DNA from: Ignavibacteriota bacterium
Lineage (GTDB): Bacteria > Bacteroidota > Ignavibacteria > UBA10030
Length of the DNA: 64,000 nucleotides
Reading direction: 5' to 3'
Assembly: GCA_963701295.1 (NCBI GenBank)
Contig: OY969585.1
Coordinates: 1,120,001 to 1,184,000, forward strand
In this document: positions 9,540 to 20,297 of the stretch, in pieces
Layout of the letters: each line of letters begins with the position of its first letter
Numbering within the stretch: position 1 is the stretch's first letter
The notes under the pieces: model-generated
The model's input: only the letters and a program-made list of their open reading frames with translations
What the model was told of the DNA's origin: nothing
Databases searched by the model: none
Translations under genes and position numbers: made by a program

Positions 9540-11213
9540 ATGATTACCAACTACTATACTTTATTTCACCTGGCGGTTGAATTGAATCAAGAATTTTCCG
9601 GACGAAGAGTAGACGAAATCTTTACTCAATACCGCGGTGAGTTGATTCTGTCGTTTCGGGAAACTCCTGCTGTTATTCTCGCTGGTTGTGAACCAGCGAA
9701 TAATTATATCTATGCGCGAAAAACGTTTGCTCGGGCGCGTCGAAACTCCACAAATCTTTTTTCCGAAGTTCATGGGATGATGATTGAGAGGATTTCCATA
9801 CATCCGACAGATCGGCAAATATTTATTCGATTGAAGGATGGATGTGAACTGATTGTCCAATTATTCGGATCAAAAGCTAATATTCTTTTCGTTGATACAA
9901 GCGATAGAGTGACCGATCTGTTCTTGAAGAAATCAGATCTGAAGAATACGAAACTTGAATTGTTCTCTCAGATTCAACGCTCGGATATTCCAGAACCGCT
10001 CCACAACAACATTGTGGCAACGTACGGAGACCAACCACTCGCAACCGCGCTGAAACGTATGTTCCCATTATTCGGTTCTGTGCTTATCCGGGAATTGCTC
10101 ACTCGTGCTGGTTTGAACGGCGAACAACTGGTTGTCGATTTACTGGAAAATGAAATTGACCGATTGTTCAATGGTGCACAACGATTAAAAGAAGAACTTC
10201 TTTCTCCACCGTCACCGCGTGTGTACTCGAACGGCACATTGCCTATACGCTTCTCTATCATTCCATTGCAGCATCTCAATGAATTTGAGTTTCAAAAATA
10301 CGAATTTGTGTCGGAAGCAATCTACATGTTTCGTGCGCATGTATATCATGAGAAAACCATTCTCCACGAGAAGGAAGGAATCATGAAAGTACTGGAGCGC
10401 GAACGAGACCATATAGAGCGGACACTGCAAAAAATTGCAGTTGAAGCAGAAGTGCCAAATCGGGCAGAACACTACGAGAAATTTGGGAAGCTATTAATAG
10501 CGAACCTCCATCTCATCAAAAAAGGCGATCACATAGCAATAGCTGAAGATTTTGTAAGCGGTTCTCATGACATTCTTGAAATTATGATTGACCCGCATCT
10601 CACACCGGCAAAAAACGCTGAACGATACTTTGAAAAAGCTAAAAAATCCCGGCACGCTGTAGAAGAACAACGTCACCGTGTGGCTGAATTAACAGAGCGG
10701 CAAAAATCGGTTTCTCAGCTTCTCACGCGTATGGAAGACGTTATTACAGCAGATGATCTACATCGCTTTGCAGAAGAAAATCGGATAGAGCTTTCAAAAT
10801 TTGGATTGGAAACAAAAAAATCAGGACGGGTAAAGAAAGAAGAACCATCACCGTTTCGTGTGTTTACAGTTGTGGGCGGATTTCAAGTGTGGGCGGGAAA
10901 AAGCGGTGAGAACAATGATTTGCTCTCAACGCGCCACACGGCAAAGAATGATCTCTGGTTCCATGCCCGTGGTGTGGGCGGTTCGCATGTGGTACTCAAA
11001 GTCGGAACGGGTAAGGGCGAGGTAAGCAGGCAAGCGATCGAACAGGCGGCTGCAATTGCGGCGTACTATAGTAAGATGAAGAATTCAAAATTGGTGCCGG
11101 TAGCGATGTGCGAGGGGAAGTACGTAAGAAAACCAAAAGGAGTTCCGGCGGGCACAGTTGCTTTGGAACGAGAGAAGACATTGTTCGTCGAACCAGCTTT
11201 ACCGCAGCCGTAA
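9540..11213 (+). CDS. rqcH: NFACT/FbpA family ribosome quality-control protein (RqcH/Rqc2)
   Basis: LLIANLH, NAERYFEKAKK, GKS..NND.L, DLWFHARGVGGSHVVL, AAYYSK, YVRKPKG..AG.V. Confidence 0.9.
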   Translation: MITNYYTLFHLAVELNQEFSGRRVDEIFTQYRGELILSFRETPAVILAGCEPANNYIYARKTFARARRNSTNLFSEVHGMMIERISIHPTDRQIFIRLKDGCELIVQLFGSKANILFVDTSDRVTDLFLKKSDLKNTKLELFSQIQRSDIPEPLHNNIVATYGDQPLATALKRMFPLFGSVLIRELLTRAGLNGEQLVVDLLENEIDRLFNGAQRLKEELLSPPSPRVYSNGTLPIRFSIIPLQHLNEFEFQKYEFVSEAIYMFRAHVYHEKTILHEKEGIMKVLERERDHIERTLQKIAVEAEVPNRAEHYEKFGKLLIANLHLIKKGDHIAIAEDFVSGSHDILEIMIDPHLTPAKNAERYFEKAKKSRHAVEEQRHRVAELTERQKSVSQLLTRMEDVITADDLHRFAEENRIELSKFGLETKKSGRVKKEEPSPFRVFTVVGGFQVWAGKSGENNDLLSTRHTAKNDLWFHARGVGGSHVVLKVGTGKGEVSRQAIEQAAAIAAYYSKMKNSKLVPVAMCEGKYVRKPKGVPAGTVALEREKTLFVEPALPQP

Positions 11214-11223
11214 GGATTGAATC

Positions 11224-12036
11224 TTGCTCAAAATAAGACAGATAGAACAATCTGAAATTCCCCAGCTGCAAAATTTTCCTCCTGAAGACTGGAATTTGGA
11301 TCTCCCCAGATTATTCACTTTTCATTTCGGGTATCCCTATTTCTATCCGGTAGTAGCTGAAGTCGATAAAAAAATTATCGGATGCGGAATTGCCATAGTG
11401 CATGGAAATATCAGCTGGCTTGGAACGATTATAGTTCTTCCAGAATTTCGAAGAAGGGGAATTGGAAAAGAAATAACATCCCATCTTGTACAATACTGCA
11501 AAGACAGGGGATGTATCACTCAGCTGCTCACAGCCAGTGCAATGGGTGAATCTGTCTATAGACAGCTTGGCTTTAAAACCAGTGCAGAATATATATCTTA
11601 TAAAAGGGAATCAAATGTTTCAATTCAACGCATTTCAAATATGAGAGAAGTCAGACACAAAGATGTAAAATATATTAAGGAACTTGACAAAGAGATTATC
11701 GGAGAAGAACGATTTACTTTTCTTGAAAGGTTTCTTTCTACCGGATGGGTCTATGTTCCAGAGAGATCAGCTTGTATCAGTGGTGCCTATCTTCCGGATT
11801 TTGGCAGTGGGTTAATGATTGCAAAAGATTCCACGGCAGGGTTAGCACTTATGAAATTGAGATTCAATCGTGGGAAGACAACAGCAGTCGTTCCGTCGTC
11901 GAACACAATTGCTCGAGAGTATTTATTGTCAGAAGGGTTTCAGGAGCATCGCACAGCTCCGAGAATGGTATTAGGGAACGATGTGCAGTGGCATCCCACA
12001 ATGCTTTACAATAGGGCAGCGGGCTATTGTGGGTAG
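11224..12036 (+). CDS. GNAT acetyltransferase (two-domain, YitH-like)
   Basis: IIVLPEFRRRGIGKEI acetyl-CoA motif; LTASAMGESVYRQLGF. Confidence 0.85.
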   Translation: MLKIRQIEQSEIPQLQNFPPEDWNLDLPRLFTFHFGYPYFYPVVAEVDKKIIGCGIAIVHGNISWLGTIIVLPEFRRRGIGKEITSHLVQYCKDRGCITQLLTASAMGESVYRQLGFKTSAEYISYKRESNVSIQRISNMREVRHKDVKYIKELDKEIIGEERFTFLERFLSTGWVYVPERSACISGAYLPDFGSGLMIAKDSTAGLALMKLRFNRGKTTAVVPSSNTIAREYLLSEGFQEHRTAPRMVLGNDVQWHPTMLYNRAAGYCG

Positions 12037-12059
12037 ATAACAATCAATAGAATTATTGA

Positions 12060-13740
12060 CTATTTCTTTTCCTTCTGCTCAATCTTTGCCCATGTATCTT
12101 TCAAAGTCACAATGCGGTTGAATACCGGTGCACTCGGTTTTGAATCTTTCATGTCTGCACAAAAGTATCCTGTTCTTTCGAATTGGAATCGTTCTCCCGG
12201 TGCGGCTAAACCGAGCATCGGTTCCAATTTACTATGTGTAAGCACCTGCAGGGAATTGGGATTAATGTTGGAGAGAAAGTCTTTTCCTTCTTCCACGTCG
12301 TTGGGATCTTCTTTCACAAAGAGACGATCATAGAGTCGAACTTCTGCATTCACTGCATCATGTGCGGAAACCCAATGAATCGTTGATTTCACTTTGCGAT
12401 TGGCTGTTGCAGTACCGCTTTTGGTCGCTGGATCGTATGTGCAATGAAGTTCTGTGATATTCCCTTTTGCATCTTTTATAACTTTTTCGCATTTGATAAT
12501 GTATGCATACCGAAGACGCACTTCTGTTCCCGGTGATAACCGATAATATTTTGGCGGCGGTACTTCGCGGAAATCCTCTTGATCGATGTACAATTCACGG
12601 CTGAACGGAATCATGCGTGAGCCCGCTGACTCATCTTCAGGGTTATTTACAGCACTTAATTCTTCCGCTTTGCCTTCGGGATAATTCGTGAGCACCACTT
12701 TCATTGGGTTCAACACAGCCATTGCCCGCTGCGAGTTCTTGTTAAGATCCTCTCGGATACTCCATTCCAGCATTGCCACATCGATCATGCTGTCTTTCTT
12801 CGAAACGCCGATCTTGTCGCAAAACACTTTAATCGAATCTGCCGTATATCCCCGGCGCCGAAATCCGGCAAGAGTCGGCATACGAGGATCATCCCAGCCG
12901 GAAACATGCTTTTCTTGAACGAGCTGCAGCAGTCTGCGTTTGCTCAGGACCTGTGTACGTAATGTTGAGCCGAGCAAATTCGATTTGCTGCGGATGGTAA
13001 ATTCCTATGTTCTCAAGAAACCAATCATATAACGGACGATGGTTCTCGAATTCAAGTGTGCAGATAGAATGCGTGATGTTCTCAATGGAATCTTCAAGTC
13101 CATGTGCCCAATCATATGTTGGATAGATGCACCATGTATCGCCTTGTCGGTGGTGTCCCTCATGAACAACTCTATACATAATCGGATCGCGCAGGTTGAT
13201 ATTCGGCGATGCCATATCGATCTTGGCACGCAGTGTCTTTGATCCGTCCGGGAATTCCCCCTTGCGCATGCGTTCAAACAAATTGAGATTTTCTTCGATA
13301 CTTCGGTTTCTAAAGGGGCTATCCTTACCAGGCTCTGTGAGTGTGCCACGAGTAGCTCGAATCTCATCTCCATCGAGATCGCAGACGTAAGCTTTCCCCT
13401 TTTTGATCAGATCAACAGCCCACTGATACATCTGCTCAAAATAATCCGATGCATAGAATAAGCGGTCTTCAAAATCACCCCCCAGCCATTTCACATCTTC
13501 AATAATCGAATCAACGTATTCCTGTTCTTCTTTTTCAGGATTTGTGTCATCGAAACGGAGATTGAATTTACCGTTATAGTCTTTAGCTATTCCGTAATTG
13601 AGGCGAATAGATTTTGCATGCCCGATATGGAGATATCCATTAGGTTCAGGAGGGAAACGTGTATGGACGCGTCCTTGAAATTTATTGGTTTTGAGATCCT
13701 CGTCAATAATTTCACGGATAAAATCATTTTTTTCGTTCAT
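12060..13740 (-). CDS. glnS: Glutamine--tRNA ligase, split by a +1 frameshift near 12951 (probably an assembly error)
   Basis: [32 protein letters not shown] in ORF 12889-13764; [28 protein letters not shown] in ORF 12060-12977; junction reads ACA-G-GTC-CTG-AGC-AAA. Confidence 0.93.
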
Positions 13741-13861
13741 TGTTATAATTCTTTCCAAATTCAATATTGAGTGTCAGGTAAAATATAGGGAAAACCGAGC
13801 GATTATCAAAAGAAGTCACCTCAATAAGAATTTAGGCAACGAAGAGAAAAAGGGGGATAAC

Positions 13862-14350
13862 TCAGTTGATTCTCTTATAGAGAGGTAGAGAAAGATTCTT
13901 AGCAACGGAATCAGCCAACTTCTTTCCTTCCACACTGAATCCCCAATAGAAAAGGAATTTGATTGGATGCTGCTTCTGGATAGATTTGATTGCCTTGCAC
14001 ATCAAACGCTTTGCAAGTCCTTTTCTTCTATACTCAGGAAGTACAAGCGCTGAACATAAATAGACAGCATCATACTTAGCTCGAAGAGAAGTTCTCTTCA
14101 ATAATTCCTTCTCATGAATCTTCTTTGTAATAAATTGACTCATTAAGTCCTTCGTCGTTGGGAAAACAAGAATCCATGCAATTGGTCCATTTTTAGTGCT
14201 TTTCTCTGTTATGGTGCTCGGATGGATTTTCCGGAGACGGGTTATAACTTTTGTGTTGACGGAGATTTGTGTCGGATCTTGCTTCATGCCGAAAACTTCA
14301 TCGGCGAGACGAATCATTCTAGCAAGATTTTCTTCAGTTTGAATAGACAT
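13862..14350 (-). CDS. GNAT family protein
   Basis: LVLPEYRRKGLAK motif; start MSIQTEE after AAAGGA. Confidence 0.7.
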   Translation of the reverse strand: MSIQTEENLARMIRLADEVFGMKQDPTQISVNTKVITRLRKIHPSTITEKSTKNGPIAWILVFPTTKDLMSQFITKKIHEKELLKRTSLRAKYDAVYLCSALVLPEYRRKGLAKRLMCKAIKSIQKQHPIKFLFYWGFSVEGKKLADSVAKNLSLPLYKRIN

Positions 14351-14443
14351 ATTCCTTTGGTGAAAGGAAAGAAGATATGTGTTCAATTTCAACTATTGAA
14401 ATTTGTTTGAACAAGCGGTAGATTCATTTCAATGTTATTGTCT

Positions 14444-14491
14444 GTCTCGAATGGAATTCGAGACGAGATCTCGTCCGACAAAATCGGGACG
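14444..14491. repeat. Pair of short REP-like hairpins
   Basis: GTCTCGAAT-gga-ATTCGAGAC (perfect 9 bp) and CGTCCGA-caaaa-TCGGGACG in a divergent intergenic region. Confidence 0.5.
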
Positions 14492-14532
14492 GAAAGTTCG
14501 ATTGTCACACTGTCAACATCGCCGAAAGAGAA

Positions 14533-14937
14533 ATGATTACGGGAATGAAATGCACAAACAATAAGTCTTGGAATTCGAACCTCTATGTGCTCAAACTTGC
14601 ATTGTTGATCACGCACGAAATTGATTCAGCATTCTGGAAAGAATGGAATTTGTTTGGACTGCCAGACGGCGTTCAAGAATTTCTCGTAGTGAATTTTCTT
14701 CTTATGCTGGTTGCACTCGTTGGATTTAGGAATATGATTTCTGGAAAAATGAGCGGATATTATTTTGCCGTTCTCTTAGCAAGTTCAGACATATTTGCTT
14801 TTTGTCTCCATATGTACTTTATCTTAACGGGACATCAGGAATTCACGCTACTCGTTTCTATTGTTATACTCATCGCAACGTTGATTGTTTCGCTGATCCA
14901 AGGTGTGCTTGCACTACAGGCAATACGCGAAAAATAG
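14533..14937 (+). CDS. DUF6713-like membrane protein
   Basis: LLITHEIDSAFWKEW.LFGLP motif plus 4 hydrophobic segments. Confidence 0.7.
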   Translation: MITGMKCTNNKSWNSNLYVLKLALLITHEIDSAFWKEWNLFGLPDGVQEFLVVNFLLMLVALVGFRNMISGKMSGYYFAVLLASSDIFAFCLHMYFILTGHQEFTLLVSIVILIATLIVSLIQGVLALQAIREK

Positions 14938-14952
14938 TAAACTGGAAATTTT

Positions 14953-15315
14953 ATGATAAAGATATTCATGATTCTCATCCACGCGTTCATTGGCTGGGCG
15001 CTTTGTGCGGCAATCATTGGTATCGGGTTTCATATTACTACTGAACAAACTACGCTGATCGTTCACGCTCTGGGTGCCCCGCTCATCTTTGGCGTTATAT
15101 CAAGGTTTTACTTTAAAAAATTCCATCATGTGTCGCCGATGCAGATGGCGTTCATCTGTTCGGGATTTGCATTGTTTTTAGATTTCTTTCTTGTAGCAAT
15201 GATAATTCAGAAGAGTCTCGCGATGTTCAACAGCGTTTTAGGGACATGGATTCCATTTCTCTTGATATTTCTTTCAACATACATTGTTGGGGGAAAAATT
15301 AACAATGGCACATAA
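14953..15315 (+). CDS. Hypothetical 4-TM membrane protein
   Basis: Hydrophobic ORF; LDFFLVA, SVLGTWIPF. Confidence 0.7.
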   Translation: MIKIFMILIHAFIGWALCAAIIGIGFHITTEQTTLIVHALGAPLIFGVISRFYFKKFHHVSPMQMAFICSGFALFLDFFLVAMIIQKSLAMFNSVLGTWIPFLLIFLSTYIVGGKINNGT

Positions 15316-15386
15316 CGACTTTTTCACTATAATTCGCTCTTGAAGAGCGTCTTCAGAAAACAGAATATATTGAAGGTCATGATTGC

Positions 15387-15998
15387 GTGGTATCGTATCT
15401 CGTCCTCGGAATGACATATGCCTTTGCGGCAGCCGTACAACCAGGTCCGCTGCAAAGCTATCTCATCTCTCAAACGTTGAGAAAAGGCTGGCAGCGTACC
15501 TTACCTGCCGCATGTGCTCCGCTTATTAGCGATGGACCGATCATTGTGGTGGTCATATTTCTGTTGAGCCGTGTGCCTGCAGGAATGATCAACATTCTGC
15601 AGTTTGCCGGAGGAATGTTTCTTCTCTACCTTGCCATAGATGCATGGAAAGCATGGAAGAACTTTGATTCTGAGAACATGATACATTCTGCATCGAGCCG
15701 CAAAACTATACTGCAAGCTGTGCTCGTGAATTTCTTGAACCCCGGGCCCTACCTCGGCTGGAGCCTGGTGATGGGCCCGCTACTTCTCAAAGGTTGGAGG
15801 GAAACCTACTTGAATGGAATTGTATTGCTCTTGGGATTTTATACGACGATGGTTCTCAGTCAAATTGGAATCGTTCTGATATTTGCTCGTGCAGGGAAAC
15901 TCGGTCCACAGGTGAACCGGGTGTTCATAGGCCTGTCGGCGGTCGGCTTGGTGTGCTTTGGAATTTATGAATTATGGTCGGGGGCAAAATATTTCTAA
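15387..15998 (+). CDS. LysE/RhtB family exporter
   Basis: AAVQPGP, PLISDGPII, VNFLNPGPYLGW. Confidence 0.85.
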   Translation: MVSYLVLGMTYAFAAAVQPGPLQSYLISQTLRKGWQRTLPAACAPLISDGPIIVVVIFLLSRVPAGMINILQFAGGMFLLYLAIDAWKAWKNFDSENMIHSASSRKTILQAVLVNFLNPGPYLGWSLVMGPLLLKGWRETYLNGIVLLLGFYTTMVLSQIGIVLIFARAGKLGPQVNRVFIGLSAVGLVCFGIYELWSGAKYF

Positions 15999-16028
15999 TT
16001 GCAATTATGCCAAATAACCTTAGCAGCC

Positions 16029-16598
16029 ATGGAAACTGTCGAAGAACGTATGAGAAGAGTTATACAGGAAGAAGTTGAAGTTGTTCCGTACAATCCGGAT
16101 TGGCCCCGGATGTTTGTGCTCGAAAAGAACCATCTTCTCTCCTGCCTGCAGAAAACTGTCCTGAAGAGAATCGAGCACTTCGGCAGCACGGCAATACCGC
16201 TGTTGTCGGCAAAACCCATCATTGATATTCTGGCGGAGGTGACGTCTCTTGAAGAAACAAAGAAGGTCATTGTTCCGATTTTGACAGCTCAGGGGTACGA
16301 ATATTTCTGGAGGCCCTCTTGGGGCGACGATGTTCCTCCGTACTATGCATGGTTCATCAAACGAGATTCACATAAACATCGTACACATCACATCCATATG
16401 GTGGAACATGATTTTGAACATTGGGATAGGCTGCTGTTTCGAGATTATTTAATTGAGCATCCGGATATCGCGAAGGAATATGAAACAATAAAAGTTCACT
16501 TAGCAAAAAACTTTTCAAAAGACAGAGTGGCTTATACTCAAGCGAAAACAGAATTTATTCTAAAGATAACACGGAAAGCAAAGGAACACTATAGATGA
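16029..16598 (+). CDS. GrpB (UPF0157) family protein
   Basis: VVPYNPDWP, IEHFGSTAIP.L.AKPIIDI, HHIH, LFRDYL, YT.AKTEFI. Confidence 0.92.
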   Translation: METVEERMRRVIQEEVEVVPYNPDWPRMFVLEKNHLLSCLQKTVLKRIEHFGSTAIPLLSAKPIIDILAEVTSLEETKKVIVPILTAQGYEYFWRPSWGDDVPPYYAWFIKRDSHKHRTHHIHMVEHDFEHWDRLLFRDYLIEHPDIAKEYETIKVHLAKNFSKDRVAYTQAKTEFILKITRKAKEHYR

Positions 16599-16674
16599 AT
16601 AAATCGCTAGTGATGAGAAAAATAGAAATTACTTTCTCATGGAAGAGCCCAATACTAAAGAGGCGTATGGAGAC

Positions 16675-18676
16675 ATGAAACAAACACTTGTCGTTCTCAC
16701 AGTCATACTTACTATGTTCATTTGTTCTACAAATGCACAACAGGTTATTTTTCAATCGCCATTAAGTCCACGCATTGCGAGTTACAAGATATCCGTAACT
16801 TTGAATGCCCAGAAGAAAAAACTGAGCGGAACGGAGACACTGGTATGGAGAAATACCTCGAGCAACCGGATCAAAGAACTCCGGTTTCACCTATATCTTA
16901 ATGCGTTCAAAAATTCTGCATCGACTTTCATGAAAGAATTGAGAGGCCGCCGAGGCAGCAGGTACTGGAAACATGAAATGGGGATGGATTGATGTCAAGA
17001 AAATGACTCTGCATCAAGGGGAAAATCTGACACAGAAGATGGAATTTATTCATCCCGACGATGAAAACGCGGAGGATCGGACAGTCATTCGTGTGCCGTT
17101 GTCGAAACCTATTCTGCCGGGCCGGACAGCAATTGTGGATGTTGAGTTCGAAGCTCAACTTCCAACTATTGTTGCACGTACCGGATATTACAAAAATTTT
17201 GTGATGGCAGCGCAATGGTTTCCTAAAATTGGTGTGTACGAAAAAAAGGGTGATCGATACGCGACAACCGGACAATGGAATTGTCACCAGTTTCATTCGG
17301 AAACAGAGTTCTTCGCTGACTATGGTGTGTACGATGTTTCCATCACGCTCCCCAAAAACTACGTGACCGGTGCAGTAGGTTTGTTGCAATCGGAAAAAGA
17401 GAATCCAGATAGCACCAAGACGGTAATGTACCACGCAGAAGATGTGCATGATTTCTCTTGGACAGCTTCTCCCGATTTCGTGGCCGTTGAAGATCAATGG
17501 AAGAATGTTAAAATTCGCCTGCTGACGCAAGCATATAAAGTACCATCGGTATCCAATAAGCACATTGAATCGGTGAAAGGAGCGCTTCAAAAATTCAACG
17601 AGCTGGTTGGCGAATATCCGTATCCCAACCTCACCATTGTCGATCCACCGAGGAATGCAGACCACGCCGGCGGCATGGAATATCCTTCCCTCATAACAAC
17701 GCTCTCGATTTGGGGATTGCCCTCCAAGATACATTTGAATGAAGCGGTAACAATTCATGAATTTGGACACCAGTATTTTTATGGAATGCTTGGCAGCAAC
17801 GAATTTGAAGAAGCATGGCTCGATGAGGGATTCACGCAATATTTTGAAACGCGAATCATGAACGCGCTCTATGGGGAAAAAAAATCCATGATCGATCTTC
17901 TTGGGTTTGGTTTCGATGACCTTGAATTTACCCGTTGGGAATATACCGACATGATCAATCCTAAACTTGCGCCGACATTGCAAAATGCGTGGCAGTACAC
18001 TGCCGGAGGATATGATGAGTTCACATATTTTAAGAGCACGATGATCCTCACCACACTGGAACGGATGATCGGGCAGCCGGTGATGGATGAGGTGATCCAT
18101 GTTTATTTTGATCGATGGAAGTTCAAACATCCATGTACACGGGATTTCATTGCTGTAGTGAACGAAGTAGTTCTCAAGAATCATGGAAACAAATTCGGCG
18201 ATAATATGAACTGGTTTTTCGATCAGGTTCTTTCTGGAACCGATATCTGCGATTATGAACTGAGCAGGATTGATGTTCATCCGGTGGCGCGTTCGGCAGG
18301 AATTTTTGATTCTGCAAATATTCAGGAAAAGCCAGATTCCACATTGAGAAGCAAACATAGTACTATGTTTGATTCACGAATCATAGTTAGCCGGTTAGGA
18401 GAAATTAAACTGCCCTTGGATGTGTTGATTCATTTTGAAGATGGCACAGAGGTTCGCGAGTCATGGGATGGACAGGCACGTTGGAAGGAATTCAACTATA
18501 CCGGGAAGGCGAAAGTGGTTTGGGCAAAAGCTGATCCGGATGGGGTTCTTGCTCTTGATATTAACCAGAACAATAATAGTAGGACGTTGGAAGTGAATTC
18601 ACTCCCATTCTGGAAATATACCGCGAAGTTTATGACGTTCGTCCAGTCGATTCTTCAATGGACAGCTCTTTTCTAA
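16675..18676 (+). CDS. Secreted M1 family metallo-aminopeptidase, frameshifted near 16950-16985
   Basis: Signal peptide and LYLNAF in ORF 16639-16992; AQWFPK, GGMEYP, HEFGHQYF...WLDEG in ORF 16973-18676; removing one G from the GGGG at 16980-16983 joins the frames. Confidence 0.88.
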
Positions 18677-18700
18677 GACTCGATACGAAAGGATCTAAAA

Positions 18701-19807
18701 GTGACAGGATCTTTAAGAAAAGCATTGGTGGAAGGGATTCGTCAAACGAACCGTTCCCTCGCAGTTGTGTGGATTCTGTTTGGAGTGAATTTCTTACTGG
18801 CGCTGATTCCTGCCCTGTTATTTCGGTCGGGGATTATTGCAGGCTTCGGCAGTTCGCTTGCACCGGAACAACTCATAAGCAGATTCGACTTCACTGTGTA
18901 TATGGATTTGATGTATAAAAATTCTGGATCGCTGAGCGGCGCATTCGCATTGATCACCTGGTTTGTAATCGTGAATAACCTCCTGAGCACGTTTCTTGAC
19001 GGCGGTATCATTGGCACACTTGGAGAAACCAGCGAACGTTTCACGTTCCCCTCATTCTTCTCGTTATGCGGGAGATTCGCCGGAAGATTCATTCGCTTGT
19101 TCCTTGTCCTCATTCTCGCGATCGTTGCTGTTGGAATGGTGGCGATGATGGTGAGTGGTGCTGTCTATTCTCTTGTTGCGGGGGAAGGAGAAACAGAGAT
19201 CGAAATACTTCGTGCCGCGGCATCGGCTATTACGGTGTTCATTCTTCCAATGTCGATGCTCGCGCTTTCGGCGGATTACGCAAGAGTCATTACTGTTGCC
19301 GTGGATCAGCGGTCGATGTTCAAAGCCTTCTGGCTAGGAGTCCGCTTTACATTCACACATCTTATCAAAACGTATGGACTCTATCTTATTCTGATGATTC
19401 CTGCGCTTGTCTTACTGCTAAGCTGGATATTGATCTCAATTGGACTCAATACGTCTACTATATGGGCAGTATTGGGCGTCTTCCTTTTACAGCAAGTTGT
19501 TGTCATGGCAAGATTATGGGTGAAGGTCGTTTCGGTGGGCAGTCAAGTTGCATTCTATGCATCGTTAAAACCAGTCATGGTTTTTGAACCGCAGCCAGTG
19601 CCTCTTCTTGTCAAACCATCTTTAGCGACAGAACTGTCTTCTCTAGAGCCGGAAACGATAATTCCTTCGAAGGAAAAAAAATCACTATCCAACGCACCAG
19701 CGATGAAAAAGAGAAGAACACCGACGGCACGTACAACAAGAAAACGCGTTGTACCGAAGACAAAAGAAGTTTTCGTAAAAAAGAGAGTTACGAAGAAGAA
19801 AAAATAA
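18701..19807 (+). CDS. Multi-TM membrane protein with Lys/Arg-rich C-terminal tail
   Basis: About 6 TM segments, ADYARV motif; follows the M1 peptidase. Confidence 0.75.
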   Translation: MTGSLRKALVEGIRQTNRSLAVVWILFGVNFLLALIPALLFRSGIIAGFGSSLAPEQLISRFDFTVYMDLMYKNSGSLSGAFALITWFVIVNNLLSTFLDGGIIGTLGETSERFTFPSFFSLCGRFAGRFIRLFLVLILAIVAVGMVAMMVSGAVYSLVAGEGETEIEILRAAASAITVFILPMSMLALSADYARVITVAVDQRSMFKAFWLGVRFTFTHLIKTYGLYLILMIPALVLLLSWILISIGLNTSTIWAVLGVFLLQQVVVMARLWVKVVSVGSQVAFYASLKPVMVFEPQPVPLLVKPSLATELSSLEPETIIPSKEKKSLSNAPAMKKRRTPTARTTRKRVVPKTKEVFVKKRVTKKKK

Positions 19808-19820
19808 TAAAAATGTCACA

Positions 19821-19895
19821 GTCGTTCCCGAAGCCGGAGGCATGAGAATAATACAAGCGAAGCAAGCCCATTATTCTATATCCCCGCGGGAATCT
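19821..19895. repeat. REP-like element (GTCGTTCCCG ... CGGGAATCT) with internal hairpin
   Basis: Inverted ends TTCCCG/CGGGAA; internal AGAATAAT/ATTATTCT; 18-mer AGCCGGAGGCATGAGAAT shared (17/18) with the inserts in attC4 and attC6. Confidence 0.55.
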
Positions 19896-20297
19896 AAAAA
19901 ATAGATTGGACTATCTTGAATATTGTTTTGAGAGGGTTTATTTCTCTGCCGTTCCTAGAGCTTTTTATTTCAGCATACGTTGTGAGAAACGAGAATTGTT
20001 GATGAAAAAAAGAAATGCAGTATGGCATTGGTGCATACGTCGGTAGGGGGTTTGCCGATTTATTAGAAGTGGCTTCATCAAGTCCCGGCACTGCAGCTGA
20101 TGAGTCACCGCATTCTCTGATTCTTTCTTATGATGATCGTTCTGGGAGCACTTTCCAAGGGATTTAGAAGAGAGTGATAAAAATCACCTGGCACGAAAAT
20201 ATGGTTGATATTTGAACTAGCAAAATGTAGATTGAAAGTATTGCATTTCTGAAATCTGTTGGGGTGAAGAGGCGGCCTATCGTAAGGGAAGGCATAG

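Noticed and set aside
15307-15380. Stop codon within GCACATAAC resembling an attC R'' box
   Set aside because: No L boxes or matching GTTRRRY downstream; too weak to call.
16928-18358. 476-aa minus-strand ORF
   Set aside because: Antisense shadow of the M1 peptidase with no motifs; the same applies to most short overlapping ORFs in the track.
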